From positions 32,001 through 96,000 of IMG/VR virus record IMGVR_UViG_3300036770_006954: 64,000 bases of DNA. One strand, written 5' to 3'. This stretch comes from a virus. Shown here in pieces: positions 10,001 to 19,500 of this stretch. The number at the start of each line of letters is the position of its first letter. Positions within the stretch are counted from its first letter, which is position 1. The position numbers were made by a program, and so were the translations under genes. The notes under the pieces were generated by a model. It was not told the DNA's origin. It worked only from the letters and a program-made list of their open reading frames with translations, and searched no databases.

Positions 10001-12075
10001 AGGGAACCAGACCTTGAACTATTTGCATAGGTAAACACTGGCTCGGGTCTCCCAATAAAATCAGTTTGTTTGAAACTTGCTCTTGTTGATTCATTAAAGG
10101 TTAAACCGTAAGGAGGAAACCACATAACTCGTCCACCATTTGGTCCTCTCTCACAAACAGGTAAATCAGAATATGTTAAACCAGGTCTGTTAGATGTTCT
10201 CCAAGCAAGGTTTTCCAATGAGAACATGTACTTTTTAGCATATCCATTAGGTCCACCGATAATATTGGTTGAATCTTGTCCACCTTCTCTTTTGTTTGGT
10301 GCAATGTTTAAGTTGTAGGTCTTATCAAAAATAGAGTAAGAGAATCTTCTACCTTCAGTGGTTATACCATCTTGTTTTTGTAAATCATTGTACTGAAGGT
10401 ACGGAGTATCTTTTTGGAATATTCTACAATATTCTGCACCTACTTCAGCGCCGATAGCACCAATATATCTTTTTACTCTCGAACCTTTTGTAATTTCTTT
10501 ATATCCGTCGTTGAATACTTTGGATACTTGGTCTATGGCATTTCCGGCGTGTTGAAGTCTTCTACCTCCTCTTGGCTGCGAATCAATGATTCTTTGGGTG
10601 TCATCCATAATCGAACCCTGTCTGAATTCAAATTCAGTTGACTCTGTGGGTTGATATGCTGACGGTCTAAAGTCTGGGTCTTCAGCAATTATTTCACCAC
10701 CATTACCAACAAACTTTCCAGCATTTCCCTTGAATTTTGGTGATACCCAAGTAAACCCACCAACAATGTCACCACCACTACTATATGTTGGTCCATTTGC
10801 GCCTAAGTTTAGAGATTGACCTGGTCCCTCATAGAGTTGGGCCAGTTCCTGTGGACCATAAACTGGAGACTGAATTTCTCTACCGAAACGGTCAACAGGA
10901 ATATCACCTGAGGGTGAAAATATTTGAGCAGGTTCAGATTTTACACTACCGATGTAGTATTCACCATTGTTTGTATTTCTACCTTGAAGCGCCCCCGCAA
11001 CTCTATCAAAAATAGGTCTATCATAACCAGGCTTGTAAAGATTGTAATCTAAGTTCTTAAATAATTGTGACCTTTGACCACCACCAGTGTTTTCCAAAAA
11101 TAATTGGGAACCTCTAAGGTTTGATTGAGAATTTAATCTCGCAAAAAATCTTCCAAGACCAGCAGCCGCATTTGCCCCCAAAAACGCACTTGCTAATTGT
11201 TGTCCTGTCGTCGGGATACCACTATTAATTTGAGGGTCAAAATACTGACCCGGTATAACAGAGAACGGTGCATAAGAACCTGAAATTCTATTCAAAAGAC
11301 CTGCCGCCGCACCGGCAACTGTTGACCCCTCAGTGATTGTCCAATTCGGTTCCAATAAAGGAACCCTACCATTAATAAACCCTAAGATATCTTCCCCCCC
11401 GTTTACATTAAGGAAGTTAGCCCTTCCTAAAGTATTCCTTCTTATTTGACGACCAATATTGTATTCTATTTGTCTTCTTAGGTTTGTCGCTGCTAATTTT
11501 GCCAAAAAAGAGTCACTCGAAAGAAGTCCATTAGAACCCTGTGGGTCAGGGTTGAGCATAATCCCTATTGTAGAATATGAGGACGGATTGAAGTTAGGAT
11601 ATGGTTGTGCGTTTGTTGAACGTCCATTGTTTTGAGTCAATATCTCTAATGAACCAAAAAACTGAGCTGAGTCCAATAGTTGGTCCGTACTTGCATAAGC
11701 ATTTAGTGGTTTCCACGCAGGAGCCACTCCAGGGAATCCTATCTGAGCAGCACTGAATCCCTCATCAATAATGTTCGCATCTTGATATCCATATTCACCC
11801 TCATTACTTCGGGTGTTTTGGAGAATGTTGACATCTCTTACTTGTTTGTATCCTCCGTCTGAACCATATTGGTTTAAAGGGTATAGGAGGTTGGCTAATA
11901 CGGGAGTATCAATTAAAGTATCATCAGTATCAACCGGTGATAAATCTCGTTGAATAGTTTCGTAGTTATAGGGGGGGTTAGGAAATTTGGGAGACTTCTG
12001 ATAAGGTTTTAAATTCCTTACCACGAGTTTCTTCCTAAAAACCTCTGAACTTGGAAAATCAAGTGGACTACCCAT
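7018..12075 (-). CDS. Large baseplate/tube-initiator protein (gp48/gpU-like segments) with an inserted OmpA-C-like domain
   Basis: 1685 aa. Tube-initiator-like segments 'FPPYGLTFNES..DFIGRPEPVFTYANSSRSGSLQWKIVVD' and 'PPVLVLRVGDFF..PMIANVTLSF' flank the OmpA-like 'ESSAS..YNELLSQRRMVSAIKYI'. Lies just downstream of the tape measure. Confidence 0.65.
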   Translation of the reverse strand: MGSPLDFPSSEVFRKKLVVRNLKPYQKSPKFPNPPYNYETIQRDLSPVDTDDTLIDTPVLANLLYPLNQYGSDGGYKQVRDVNILQNTRSNEGEYGYQDANIIDEGFSAAQIGFPGVAPAWKPLNAYASTDQLLDSAQFFGSLEILTQNNGRSTNAQPYPNFNPSSYSTIGIMLNPDPQGSNGLLSSDSFLAKLAATNLRRQIEYNIGRQIRRNTLGRANFLNVNGGEDILGFINGRVPLLEPNWTITEGSTVAGAAAGLLNRISGSYAPFSVIPGQYFDPQINSGIPTTGQQLASAFLGANAAAGLGRFFARLNSQSNLRGSQLFLENTGGGQRSQLFKNLDYNLYKPGYDRPIFDRVAGALQGRNTNNGEYYIGSVKSEPAQIFSPSGDIPVDRFGREIQSPVYGPQELAQLYEGPGQSLNLGANGPTYSSGGDIVGGFTWVSPKFKGNAGKFVGNGGEIIAEDPDFRPSAYQPTESTEFEFRQGSIMDDTQRIIDSQPRGGRRLQHAGNAIDQVSKVFNDGYKEITKGSRVKRYIGAIGAEVGAEYCRIFQKDTPYLQYNDLQKQDGITTEGRRFSYSIFDKTYNLNIAPNKREGGQDSTNIIGGPNGYAKKYMFSLENLAWRTSNRPGLTYSDLPVCERGPNGGRVMWFPPYGLTFNESTRASFKQTDFIGRPEPVFTYANSSRSGSLQWKIVVDHPSVMNMLVNRVLNDTNLSQRADEILDSFFAGCRKYDLYELARKYYTVNPNDIFEIQQRLETKNVSGEDVEYYVRTVQSGGFDTSAGGTAGGGYTPSGSQSSFTTSGFDYLKLQNYGLYFENDIPKPNVEVQNYEVYYNTYTSPANKQKYAVESSKINEQFQVSEFFTQVVEGNKSAIEEMLIQLSKDLENDETATCHLVLESSASNPQTVPYNELLSQRRMVSAIKYIESIGQLKTFMESNPKRLTITQITEGELAKNVIPIGLDNRAYGLFDCTNQDSLSRTSQVYSVNAMACRRTAITNIEFKQVPPTTDIDVPEEIPFYDEQIIEQRRPKPPVTQVVEETVFRDNITKRVLRSLLSECDYFEVIKEQTPMVYDSLKEKLKFFHPAFHSITPEGLNSRLTFLQQCMRPGDTIPTVKTDKQGGTSLQYNNAVNTAFGAPPVLVLRVGDFFHSKIIPENLSITYEDLDLNPEGIGVQPMIANVTLSFQFVGGQGLKESVDKLQNALSFNFYANTEIYDDRADATDDSYKVLDQEFIQQLNLKVPPPTLNQVQSTQPKSNLETIGRVLTTTNTANGDIGTIAYQEFMASLVGQTQNYFATVNNKIRDLNLQYNNAVRQQFSFSRRYTDGEMLVTGVGYNVPLFGKPSKFESDVNSVFQSFTTDITNDQDGFIKYLVDDVRIFSNKTIRAIKNNYKDYVANFRGEFQNGATTILQNLVDTQTSYIQTLSRANVIPYYDSDPTLGMDGFQTTNGNAVVLNISGTSAISASSAGVTNTLEELIQDIGVVASALTEFNNVIESLYTANVSGKVYSGYTVTDLPDQDAVKSQVFEPFTDDTFWDSEANRRQYFILSQQILDENRYNTFKEAIIGNLRDNQGVLGNVTFVQVEQSFDNYWKGVARPAYLSENAATNTFLTDFQTNALRDYLNFNPFNLNKERVFTYETILQPTAEQVQLIKNLGNKNNIDSNTTSWTTSVGANVIIGKAQLL

Positions 12076-12088
12076 TTACTCTTTTATT

Positions 12089-12096
12089 TATAAATA
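12089..12096 (-). promoter_or_regulatory. Putative phage late-promoter motif TATTTATA (representative copy)
   Basis: One of about 16 TATTTAT(A/C/T) copies found upstream of start codons; see findings. Confidence 0.65.
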
Positions 12097-12105
12097 GGTT
12101 TTTAA

Positions 12106-13836
12106 TTATTTTTTTGTCAATTCTTTAATTGCCGCTTCGGTCTTAACCTTAACAATCTTATAGATATTGTCCCTAACTTCGGGACTATTGAATATATTAA
12201 AGATTTGTTGGTCAGTTAGATTGTTCGGTGCGTTGACATCTATAGTAAAATTACCATCAACATTGACATTTCCAGTAATTGTTTCTGTTGTTGTTGAGGT
12301 TTGTCTTTGGTATTGTTCCCAATTCTGATATCTTGTGTCTGTCTGTTCTCCTATTCTTGAGATATTTTGAGCAGCTTCTCTTTGAGCACTACCTTCACTA
12401 TATCTCGCAAGAAAGGTTTGATATCTTTGAGCTAAGTCCAAACTTATTGTTTGTTCTTCTGCAGCTGTTTTCATTGTCGATAAGACATCTTCTACCGAAC
12501 CCTCACCTTTAAGTAAGTTCATGATTGAGGTTCCAACAATATCTCCGAAGTTTTGAAATTCTCTTCGAAACTCTTCACCAGTTGGTAATGCACCAGGACT
12601 AAACGCAGCATCCGCAATTCTTCCTTCCTCGGTTCTGACATACTCTATGGCTCGTTGTAACCCTTCTTGACCAGCTAATGCATAACTCAATCTCATGGGG
12701 AGTGCCGCGATATCTCGCGCCATAATATCACTTGTTGATAATTGACTTCGAGCAATATCCTCCATTGTCTTAGGTCTATCCTCACCCTGTTTTTTGATAA
12801 GTTCAAACTGAGCTTGTGATAGTTTGTCTAAACTTTCCGTTTGAAGTTTTCCTGTCTCGTCTCTGAATTGAACTTCATACTTTCCACCTTCACCCATTTT
12901 AGCCATGTTGGCAACCAACATTTTATCTTCATCACTACCTCTAATGTCAAAAGATATTTCACCTAATCGTCTATCTAAATCCGCAGCAGCTAATGCAGTC
13001 TTTGAAAATTGTTCAAAGGACATTCCCGCAGTTTCGGCAAGTTCCTTCATCAACCTTACTCCACCAGGATTAATTCTAAAATTACCAGCCTTCTCATCGA
13101 AGTAGGTAAATTGTTTGGTCATCTCAATTAGTGAATCCTGTAAACCTTTTGGGTCATTGATAGATTTATCCATTAAAATGAACGGGTCTACTAAATCACC
13201 TGTCGCAACTCCCAATCTTTGGAAAGCAGCTGCCATTTGTATTGCACCTTCAGGATTTAGAACTTTTTCCGCAAAATCCGATGTGACCTGCATGTCAAAT
13301 CGAAGCATCGAAGCTTGAGCTGCCATTTTGGTAAATCCCACAACACCATCTTGGAAGTTGAATCGATTCATCAAATCAACTTTGGTGAGGACATCTCCCA
13401 TAATTTGAACTGCATTCAAACCTAATGATTGTACATAACCAACAGATTCTTCAACACCCTCAGCAATATTTGAGAGTTCAATACCAACAATACCAAACTG
13501 TTCAACTAAAAATTTTACTTCTTGACCAAGAAATTCCGATGTCGCGAAAATTTCTTGTAGAGATTCTTGAGATGCAACAACATTTCTTCGTGCACCTTCA
13601 CCAATTTCTGCAATAGTTTTACTCAGTTCTGCTGCAGACCCTCCAAGTCTAACAAAATCCGCAACACCATCAGATACCGCAGTTGAAAACTCTAAAAATC
13701 TTTCTCGTGATTCACCGAAAGACCTGTTAATACTGGTGACACCATCTTGTATTCTACCGATATTACCAGCCAAATCAGCAGACTCACCAATTAATGACTT
13801 TAAATTACCCAAAAACCCTAAATCTTCATCTGCCAT
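12106..13836 (-). CDS. Tail tape measure protein
   Basis: 576 aa, predicted helical and A/E/Q-rich, placed after tube and chaperone genes; length similar to T4 gp29. Confidence 0.7.
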   Translation of the reverse strand: MADEDLGFLGNLKSLIGESADLAGNIGRIQDGVTSINRSFGESRERFLEFSTAVSDGVADFVRLGGSAAELSKTIAEIGEGARRNVVASQESLQEIFATSEFLGQEVKFLVEQFGIVGIELSNIAEGVEESVGYVQSLGLNAVQIMGDVLTKVDLMNRFNFQDGVVGFTKMAAQASMLRFDMQVTSDFAEKVLNPEGAIQMAAAFQRLGVATGDLVDPFILMDKSINDPKGLQDSLIEMTKQFTYFDEKAGNFRINPGGVRLMKELAETAGMSFEQFSKTALAAADLDRRLGEISFDIRGSDEDKMLVANMAKMGEGGKYEVQFRDETGKLQTESLDKLSQAQFELIKKQGEDRPKTMEDIARSQLSTSDIMARDIAALPMRLSYALAGQEGLQRAIEYVRTEEGRIADAAFSPGALPTGEEFRREFQNFGDIVGTSIMNLLKGEGSVEDVLSTMKTAAEEQTISLDLAQRYQTFLARYSEGSAQREAAQNISRIGEQTDTRYQNWEQYQRQTSTTTETITGNVNVDGNFTIDVNAPNNLTDQQIFNIFNSPEVRDNIYKIVKVKTEAAIKELTKK

Positions 13837-13868
13837 TATGGACTTTTATATTATAAATAGGGTTTTTG

Positions 13869-14027
13869 TTATTTTTTTTGGTTATCTTCAACCCACTTAT
13901 CCAACAGATACTTCCGTATAAAAATCGGCATACTCATAAAATCTGAGTAGGGTATAGAAAATATTTTAGACAAATAGTAAAACTCGTCTATTTGGTTTTT
14001 TCTATAATCAGAAGAAAGGACGAAAAA
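13869..14027 (-). CDS. Probable frameshift extension of the tail assembly chaperone (gpGT/gp51-like C-terminus)
   Basis: The +1 frame after TTTTTTC (14028-14022) reads VLSSDYRKNQIDEFYYLSKIFSIPYSDFMSMPIFIRKYLLDKWVEDNQKK*, fills the gap to the tape measure and has no upstream ATG. Confidence 0.65.
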   Translation of the reverse strand, partial: FFVLSSDYRKNQIDEFYYLSKIFSIPYSDFMSMPIFIRKYLLDKWVEDNQKK

Positions 14028-14751
14028 AGTCAACCCCGAAGCCAATGTTCACCATTAGCTTTTCTCCTGACGGGGCAATAATCACCCGATTCATATCTAA
14101 TCGAGGCACGTTTTCATTCATGAATTTTTTTATGTACTTTGAATCCGCAAACGGCATGGATTCCGCAAACTTTTGGATTTCTACTTTGTCTTGAGTACCA
14201 TCAACCTCCACAATTTCTCTTTGTAGTCTCCAAGTTCTAATTGGAGCAACTCTCCCTTGAGGATAGGTTTCAGATAAATTATTAATTTCTGTAACTTCAC
14301 CGAAATTGAGTGGTTTCAACTTAACTGTTTTTTCGGACATCGGTAGTTTTGTTGTAAAACTTCCGTCTTCATTTGGTTCATTACCACTAATGATGTTAAG
14401 TTCGTCAAGTCTTTCATTCGCAACAAACTTTCTGTTTGTTTTGGGGTCAGTTAAATTCAATTCGATATTTGGACCAAATGCAGTGTTTCTTAAAAAAATT
14501 AAAATCGCTTCAATATCACTTTCGAGTAAGTCTTCAGGTCTCACACCTGGCTCATAAATTTTGGCTCGTAGAAGATTTGTGGTCATATCTTTACCACCCG
14601 CAATCAAAATATTTTCATCACTTGCAGTCAAGTAACCAACCTTCAAAGATGATTTTTTATTCTTATAAAACATTCCCTTTGAGGGAAGGGGTACTACATC
14701 GTGTGGTAGTGTAAACTGTTGTTGTCCGTAATTAATCGTTTCTTGGTCCAT
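14008..14751 (-). CDS. Tail/baseplate assembly chaperone (T4 gp26-like)
   Basis: 'VVPLPSKG..LKVGYLTASDENIL', 'DIEAILIFLRNTAFG' and a C-terminal 'GVDFF'; located between tube and tape measure. Confidence 0.7.
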   Translation of the reverse strand: MDQETINYGQQQFTLPHDVVPLPSKGMFYKNKKSSLKVGYLTASDENILIAGGKDMTTNLLRAKIYEPGVRPEDLLESDIEAILIFLRNTAFGPNIELNLTDPKTNRKFVANERLDELNIISGNEPNEDGSFTTKLPMSEKTVKLKPLNFGEVTEINNLSETYPQGRVAPIRTWRLQREIVEVDGTQDKVEIQKFAESMPFADSKYIKKFMNENVPRLDMNRVIIAPSGEKLMVNIGFGVDFFRPFF

Positions 14752-14754
14752 ATA

Positions 14755-14786
14755 AAAGAAAAACCGTAGAGTTTAGCTCTACGGTT
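14755..14786 (-). terminator. Rho-independent terminator after the tail tube gene
   Basis: Minus strand AACCGTAGAG-CTAAA-CTCTACGGTT followed by TTTCTTTT. Confidence 0.7.
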
Positions 14787-14822
14787 AAATATAAAAGTTA
14801 ATAAAAGTAAATAAATACAATA

Positions 14823-15311
14823 TTAGTAAATCAATACACAACGGTCCATCCTCAAAGTGGCACTGATTGTTGCCAATCCATCTTGAGAGTAGTTTAAGGT
14901 ATTAAAGTTCACATCTGTAAGGAATGTACCATAGAGAATCCATTTCTCCACAACAACACCTGTTGGGTCTAACATCTCTAAGTCAATGTCTTTTTTGTAT
15001 CCTGCTGCGTATCCCATACGACCAGTTACTGATTCAGCGTGAAGACGTACCCATTCCATAAGAGCCTGTGCCGCTGAAGGACCAATAGGGTCACGGAATG
15101 TTACGGGAATAGTTTGCCAGTTAAATCTTCCCGCAACGAAGGTTGAGGTATTCAAGAACTGAATTTCTGTTGGGTTAATCGTAATGTGTGGTCGAGCAGT
15201 TGATTCTACAAACCACTCATTAATACCCAAAGATGATGGAAACCTTAATATAAACCTGTTTTGTCTTTTTGGTTCATAAGGAATCGGCATTTTCATTAAT
15301 AAATCCGCCAT
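14823..15311 (-). CDS. Tail tube protein (T4 gp19-like)
   Basis: 'YEPKRQNRF', 'W..I.VTFRDPI', 'YKKDIDLEMLDPTGVVVEKWILYGTF'; downstream of the sheath. Confidence 0.85.
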   Translation of the reverse strand: MADLLMKMPIPYEPKRQNRFILRFPSSLGINEWFVESTARPHITINPTEIQFLNTSTFVAGRFNWQTIPVTFRDPIGPSAAQALMEWVRLHAESVTGRMGYAAGYKKDIDLEMLDPTGVVVEKWILYGTFLTDVNFNTLNYSQDGLATISATLRMDRCVLIY

Positions 15312-15420
15312 GGTAATATCTTAATTTTTACTTTTATCTTTTATTATAAATATACCAATGGGCATATTTTTTCTATTGACTTTTTTTTGCGGAAATTTAT
15401 TCTCAACTAGAGTTCCAGTA

Positions 15421-16242
15421 CTAGTATTCTTTTTTTATTCCTCCTTTAGTTGAATATGTTTTTACCGGTTCTTTAATTGATTTAAAATAATCTTTAATCT
15501 TTTCTACATTCCTTTCATCATCATCTGAAAATCCTATAGTTGGCTTGCCTGGTACGAATTTATTTGCTATGTCTTTTTTTAGAAATGCTGTTTTATGTAA
15601 CAGCGCTGCCATAGATTTAACATAATTTACAAAATCTGCCATTGCGCGTACTTTAGCTTCTTCAGGAGAAGATGCACCATCTTCATTTCCAAAACTTACA
15701 GGGTTGTAACGATTTAATTCTAAATAAGACTTAATCATTTCTTCATCGGTCATTTTTTCTTCGTCCACAAAGTCCCGATATTTTTTTAGATTTTTTACTA
15801 ATTCTTTTTTGGAAATACCCCCAAAATCTGTATTGATGTAATTAAAAATAGCTTCTTTGATTGTATTTGGATTATGACCTCGAGCGGTTATAATCGCAAA
15901 GATTGAACCATTATTGATTGATTCTTTGAAATCATTCCATGCTGGTCCAACTTTAGCCTGTAAGGTATCTTTCAAAAATTGTTTGTCACCATGAACCCCA
16001 AAAAATCGGAATGGGTCATCCGAGTAATCAACAATTTTATGACCTAAGTAATTAAAAGTTTGTTTCCCGATTTTGTCTCTGTGAGTTGCAAAATCCTCAG
16101 TTGACATTTCCACTTCTTCATCCTTATCATTTAACAGAATGATTTTGGTTGGCATGTGAACAATGTTATCATCCCAATCAAACGCGTAGTACTTGAGGTC
16201 TGGCGTTCCACTTTTGAAAGTGTCCTTAATTTTAGTTTTCAT
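15421..16242 (-). CDS. HAD-superfamily phosphatase-like protein
   Basis: Motif I 'AFDWDDNI', motif II 'IITARGH', conserved Lys 'EEAK', motif IV 'GFSDDD'. Confidence 0.65.
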   Translation of the reverse strand: MKTKIKDTFKSGTPDLKYYAFDWDDNIVHMPTKIILLNDKDEEVEMSTEDFATHRDKIGKQTFNYLGHKIVDYSDDPFRFFGVHGDKQFLKDTLQAKVGPAWNDFKESINNGSIFAIITARGHNPNTIKEAIFNYINTDFGGISKKELVKNLKKYRDFVDEEKMTDEEMIKSYLELNRYNPVSFGNEDGASSPEEAKVRAMADFVNYVKSMAALLHKTAFLKKDIANKFVPGKPTIGFSDDDERNVEKIKDYFKSIKEPVKTYSTKGGIKKEY

Positions 16243-16254
16243 TTTCGATTAGGC

Positions 16255-16285
16255 AAAAAAAGGGTGGGAATTTGTTTTCCCACCC
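16255..16285 (-). terminator. Rho-independent terminator after the sheath gene
   Basis: Minus strand GGGTGGGAA-AACAAA-TTCCCACCC followed by TTTTTTT, just after the sheath stop codon. Confidence 0.85.
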
Positions 16286-16293
16286 CAAAGATA

Positions 16294-19200
16294 TTAAATA
16301 TTTTCGAAAGAAGCTCCAGTCGGAGTAATTAAAAACTCAATATCAATAAATTCAAGTGCTTTAGTTGGTTTCAAGTAAATCTTTCCTGTCAAAGTGTTTC
16401 TATCCAAATCTTCAGGTGTAGACGCTACTGTAACTCTAAAGTCGTATAAACCACGGTCTCTTCTGATTGCATCCAAGATTGGGTTTACCGAATCCAAGAA
16501 TTGTTGTCTTACAATTTCATCGTTTTGTTCAAACAACAATCTTACCGCAACCGCAGATATCAATTTACGAGCCTGAAGTAATAAACGTCTTACATTCAAT
16601 CTGTTTAGTGCTGTATCTCTAATTTGTAGAGTTTTGTTACCCCAAATTACTGTACCAACATCGGAGAAAGTTGCAATTGGATTCAACCTTCCTTGATAAA
16701 GGGTGTCCCTATCTTCTTGAGTAAGTTTTAATCTCGCCTTCACTGAGTTCACAAGACCTCTTGTGTAACCTGCGGATGCGAACCAAGGGAATGAAATATT
16801 ATCGGTTAACGCTAAGTTTCTACAAACCTGACCTGTTGGTGGTATGTAAATCTGAGTGTTGTTTACAGTATCTCTTTCCAAAATCCATGGGTAATAAGAT
16901 GCGGTGTATGATGAATCTATACCTGTTTGGTCAAGGTTATCTACAGCTTCTTGTGGGTAAATAATTTCAAATTGTGAAGTACCATCATTTGTATACATAT
17001 TGTAGTCTGGTGTGGTCACAATGTATACCGAGTCAGCTCTCTCATTTTCAATCATACCAATTGCTAATTCACAAAGATTTGAATTATTAACATAATCAAT
17101 CCCAGGAGTTGCAAACACATTTATATTTGTTGATTCAGGATTAGCAAACGATAATTGACCCAACAAATATGCGTAGTAATCAGTGTTTGCAAAATCTTGA
17201 GTGTTGTCACCAACAACTATTCGTTTGAAAGTACCATCACCCGATGCGGTTGGATAACGTTGCGTCGGGGTTGCTCCTTGCAAATATCCTGATGCTCCTA
17301 AAGCAAACCTATCTTGGTTTGTTCTGAATTCTCTGTAGATGTCCCATCCATCGAAACCACCTTGGAATACACAAGTAAACTTTCTTGAATACAAGAAATA
17401 ATATGGATTTTCTTGATTTGTAGGTTCGTCATCAAAAGTTGCAACACCACAAACAAAAGCTGGTGTTCCACTTGTAACTTGGGAATTAGTAATTTGGATA
17501 ATTGTTGCACCAGAGTCCATGTGGAAACCTTTGGTTTGATAATTCCAAGGTTCGGAAGTTGTTGCCAAATCCCAACCTACAATAGGATTTTTCTTACCCT
17601 TGTATTGTAATAAATCGGTATCCACACCAAATTGAGAAGAGATGCCCAAATAAGTTCTCCTTACAATATCACCTGATGAAGAAACAATGTTGCTTCCACC
17701 AGCACTTGTGCCAAATGGTGGGTCAAAAATTGTTTCACCCGGGAAAAAATATTTGTTTTTAATAATTGGGAAAGGTGATGGATTACTTGCACTTTCGTAA
17801 ATTCTTTGTTCTAAACCAAAGAAACCACATGGAAGCGCGTCTATTGGATACTCGTCAGAGAGTTCAACCATTATGTAAGCCGAATTCAAAGGATATTCAC
17901 CATCTAAAGAGCCAATTTTTTTAGCAACAAAACTATTTGAACTTGGGTCCATCGTACAGTTAGTGAATTTTTCATAGACTACAGGATTAGCATCTGTGTC
18001 AAAAAAGTCTCTAACTTGAACGTCAAAAGTTAAATTATTAAACGAAATATTTGCTATAGAAATCTTCACCTCAGTGTTAGCTGTGTTACCATCACTTATA
18101 GTGTGGAACCTAAATAATTCAAAAACTTGGTTACCACGAAGTTCGGAAACGAACCAAGGAGTTTTTGGGGTTTGGTATTGTTCTAAGTTCCAAGCAATAC
18201 TAGTGGTTGAAGATTTGTCACGAGCTTCAGGTAATGCAATCATATCACATTTTACACCACGAACGTATCCTTTGTTATACCCATAATTTAGTAACCCCAA
18301 ATAAGACTCCTCCACAAAGATTGGAACATCTTGTCTTGGTTTAGAAAAATTGGTTATCCCCAAAACTTTGGTGATGTAATTTGCACTTGTTGAATCAAAA
18401 GATGCATCAAAAGCAAAAGTTTTACCCTCGAAAGTAACACCACTTAGTTGGAATGTAGCAAAAGGACTTGAAGAAACACCCGAATAAGCTCCATCACACA
18501 CGAGTTGTAAATCGGTTAAACCTGTAACTTGGTATTGTGGTCCGTGGTCATTAGCATCATAAATAGAAATACCTCTAGAACGAATTGTAGCTAAAATCAA
18601 ATTATTCCAATCTGAATAAGCACTTCCCGAATAAGTAAATAATTGTCCTGTTAAAGTACCTGAGAAAAATCCTGACGCACCCGTCACAAAATTAGTAACA
18701 GTATTGTACCAAGAGTAACCCGTATAAATGTTGCCTGAGGTAACATCAAAAGTTGCATAATACCAAGGGTCGTTACTACCTGAAGTTAAGTCCGCAAAAT
18801 CAACATTAACATTATCTACACCAAAAACGTTATCAAAAAGAGGATACGTCGTGTTAAGACTTGTATATGTGGAATTAGGAATGGACCCATAAACATTTAC
18901 TGTCGAAGCTGAAACAGAGGTGTTAGCGGAAATACTAAGCATAAACTGAAATAAATCGCTCGAGTAATTGGATGTTGACCCATCGATAAGCGAATATTGT
19001 GTATTCAAGTTGTTACTTATCAATGCAGGTAAAGCACTTGTAAATCCTATAGTGGTACCACTTGTATTACCAGTAAAGGTTGCCGAAAATGAAACAGTTG
19101 ATGCAGTTGTATTAATACCAACAGAACAACCTGCCACGTTAGCAATTGCTTGGATATTCCAAGACGGACCCGCATCGTAACCTGACAATCCCAAAATTCT

Positions 19201-19500
19201 AGTAACAAATAATTGATTGGATTGTTGAAGGTAAGCTTTAGCGATATAAGCGGCTTCGTATTTAGGGATTTGTGTGTTGATAAATTTTGTTGGAACAGTT
19301 CCACCAAAAAAAGTTTGGAATTCGTCAAAATTTGTTATAAAAATTGGTTCGAATGCCGGTCCCTTTAGAGTCTCACCTACCAAACCCAAAGTGGTTACAC
19401 CCACACTTTGTGCAACAAATGATAAGTCCGTTTCAGAAGTATAAACTCCTGGTGATACGAAAACTTTTTGATTTGCTTGTGATGTTAATTGAAAAAACAT
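16294..19500 (-). CDS. Contractile tail sheath protein
   Basis: 'VSPGVYTSETDLS', 'PWFASAGYTRG', 'RDTLYQGRLNPI', 'WGNKTLQ..ALNRLNVRRLL', 'LKPTKALEFIDIEF'. Confidence 0.95.
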   Translation of the reverse strand: MFFQLTSQANQKVFVSPGVYTSETDLSFVAQSVGVTTLGLVGETLKGPAFEPIFITNFDEFQTFFGGTVPTKFINTQIPKYEAAYIAKAYLQQSNQLFVTRILGLSGYDAGPSWNIQAIANVAGCSVGINTTASTVSFSATFTGNTSGTTIGFTSALPALISNNLNTQYSLIDGSTSNYSSDLFQFMLSISANTSVSASTVNVYGSIPNSTYTSLNTTYPLFDNVFGVDNVNVDFADLTSGSNDPWYYATFDVTSGNIYTGYSWYNTVTNFVTGASGFFSGTLTGQLFTYSGSAYSDWNNLILATIRSRGISIYDANDHGPQYQVTGLTDLQLVCDGAYSGVSSSPFATFQLSGVTFEGKTFAFDASFDSTSANYITKVLGITNFSKPRQDVPIFVEESYLGLLNYGYNKGYVRGVKCDMIALPEARDKSSTTSIAWNLEQYQTPKTPWFVSELRGNQVFELFRFHTISDGNTANTEVKISIANISFNNLTFDVQVRDFFDTDANPVVYEKFTNCTMDPSSNSFVAKKIGSLDGEYPLNSAYIMVELSDEYPIDALPCGFFGLEQRIYESASNPSPFPIIKNKYFFPGETIFDPPFGTSAGGSNIVSSSGDIVRRTYLGISSQFGVDTDLLQYKGKKNPIVGWDLATTSEPWNYQTKGFHMDSGATIIQITNSQVTSGTPAFVCGVATFDDEPTNQENPYYFLYSRKFTCVFQGGFDGWDIYREFRTNQDRFALGASGYLQGATPTQRYPTASGDGTFKRIVVGDNTQDFANTDYYAYLLGQLSFANPESTNINVFATPGIDYVNNSNLCELAIGMIENERADSVYIVTTPDYNMYTNDGTSQFEIIYPQEAVDNLDQTGIDSSYTASYYPWILERDTVNNTQIYIPPTGQVCRNLALTDNISFPWFASAGYTRGLVNSVKARLKLTQEDRDTLYQGRLNPIATFSDVGTVIWGNKTLQIRDTALNRLNVRRLLLQARKLISAVAVRLLFEQNDEIVRQQFLDSVNPILDAIRRDRGLYDFRVTVASTPEDLDRNTLTGKIYLKPTKALEFIDIEFLITPTGASFENI

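Noticed and set aside
15376-15426. TTGACT-N16-TATTCT on the + strand with short CTAG palindromes (antisense promoter or origin)
   Set aside because: Suboptimal spacer, AT-rich background and no downstream + strand ORF; too weak to support
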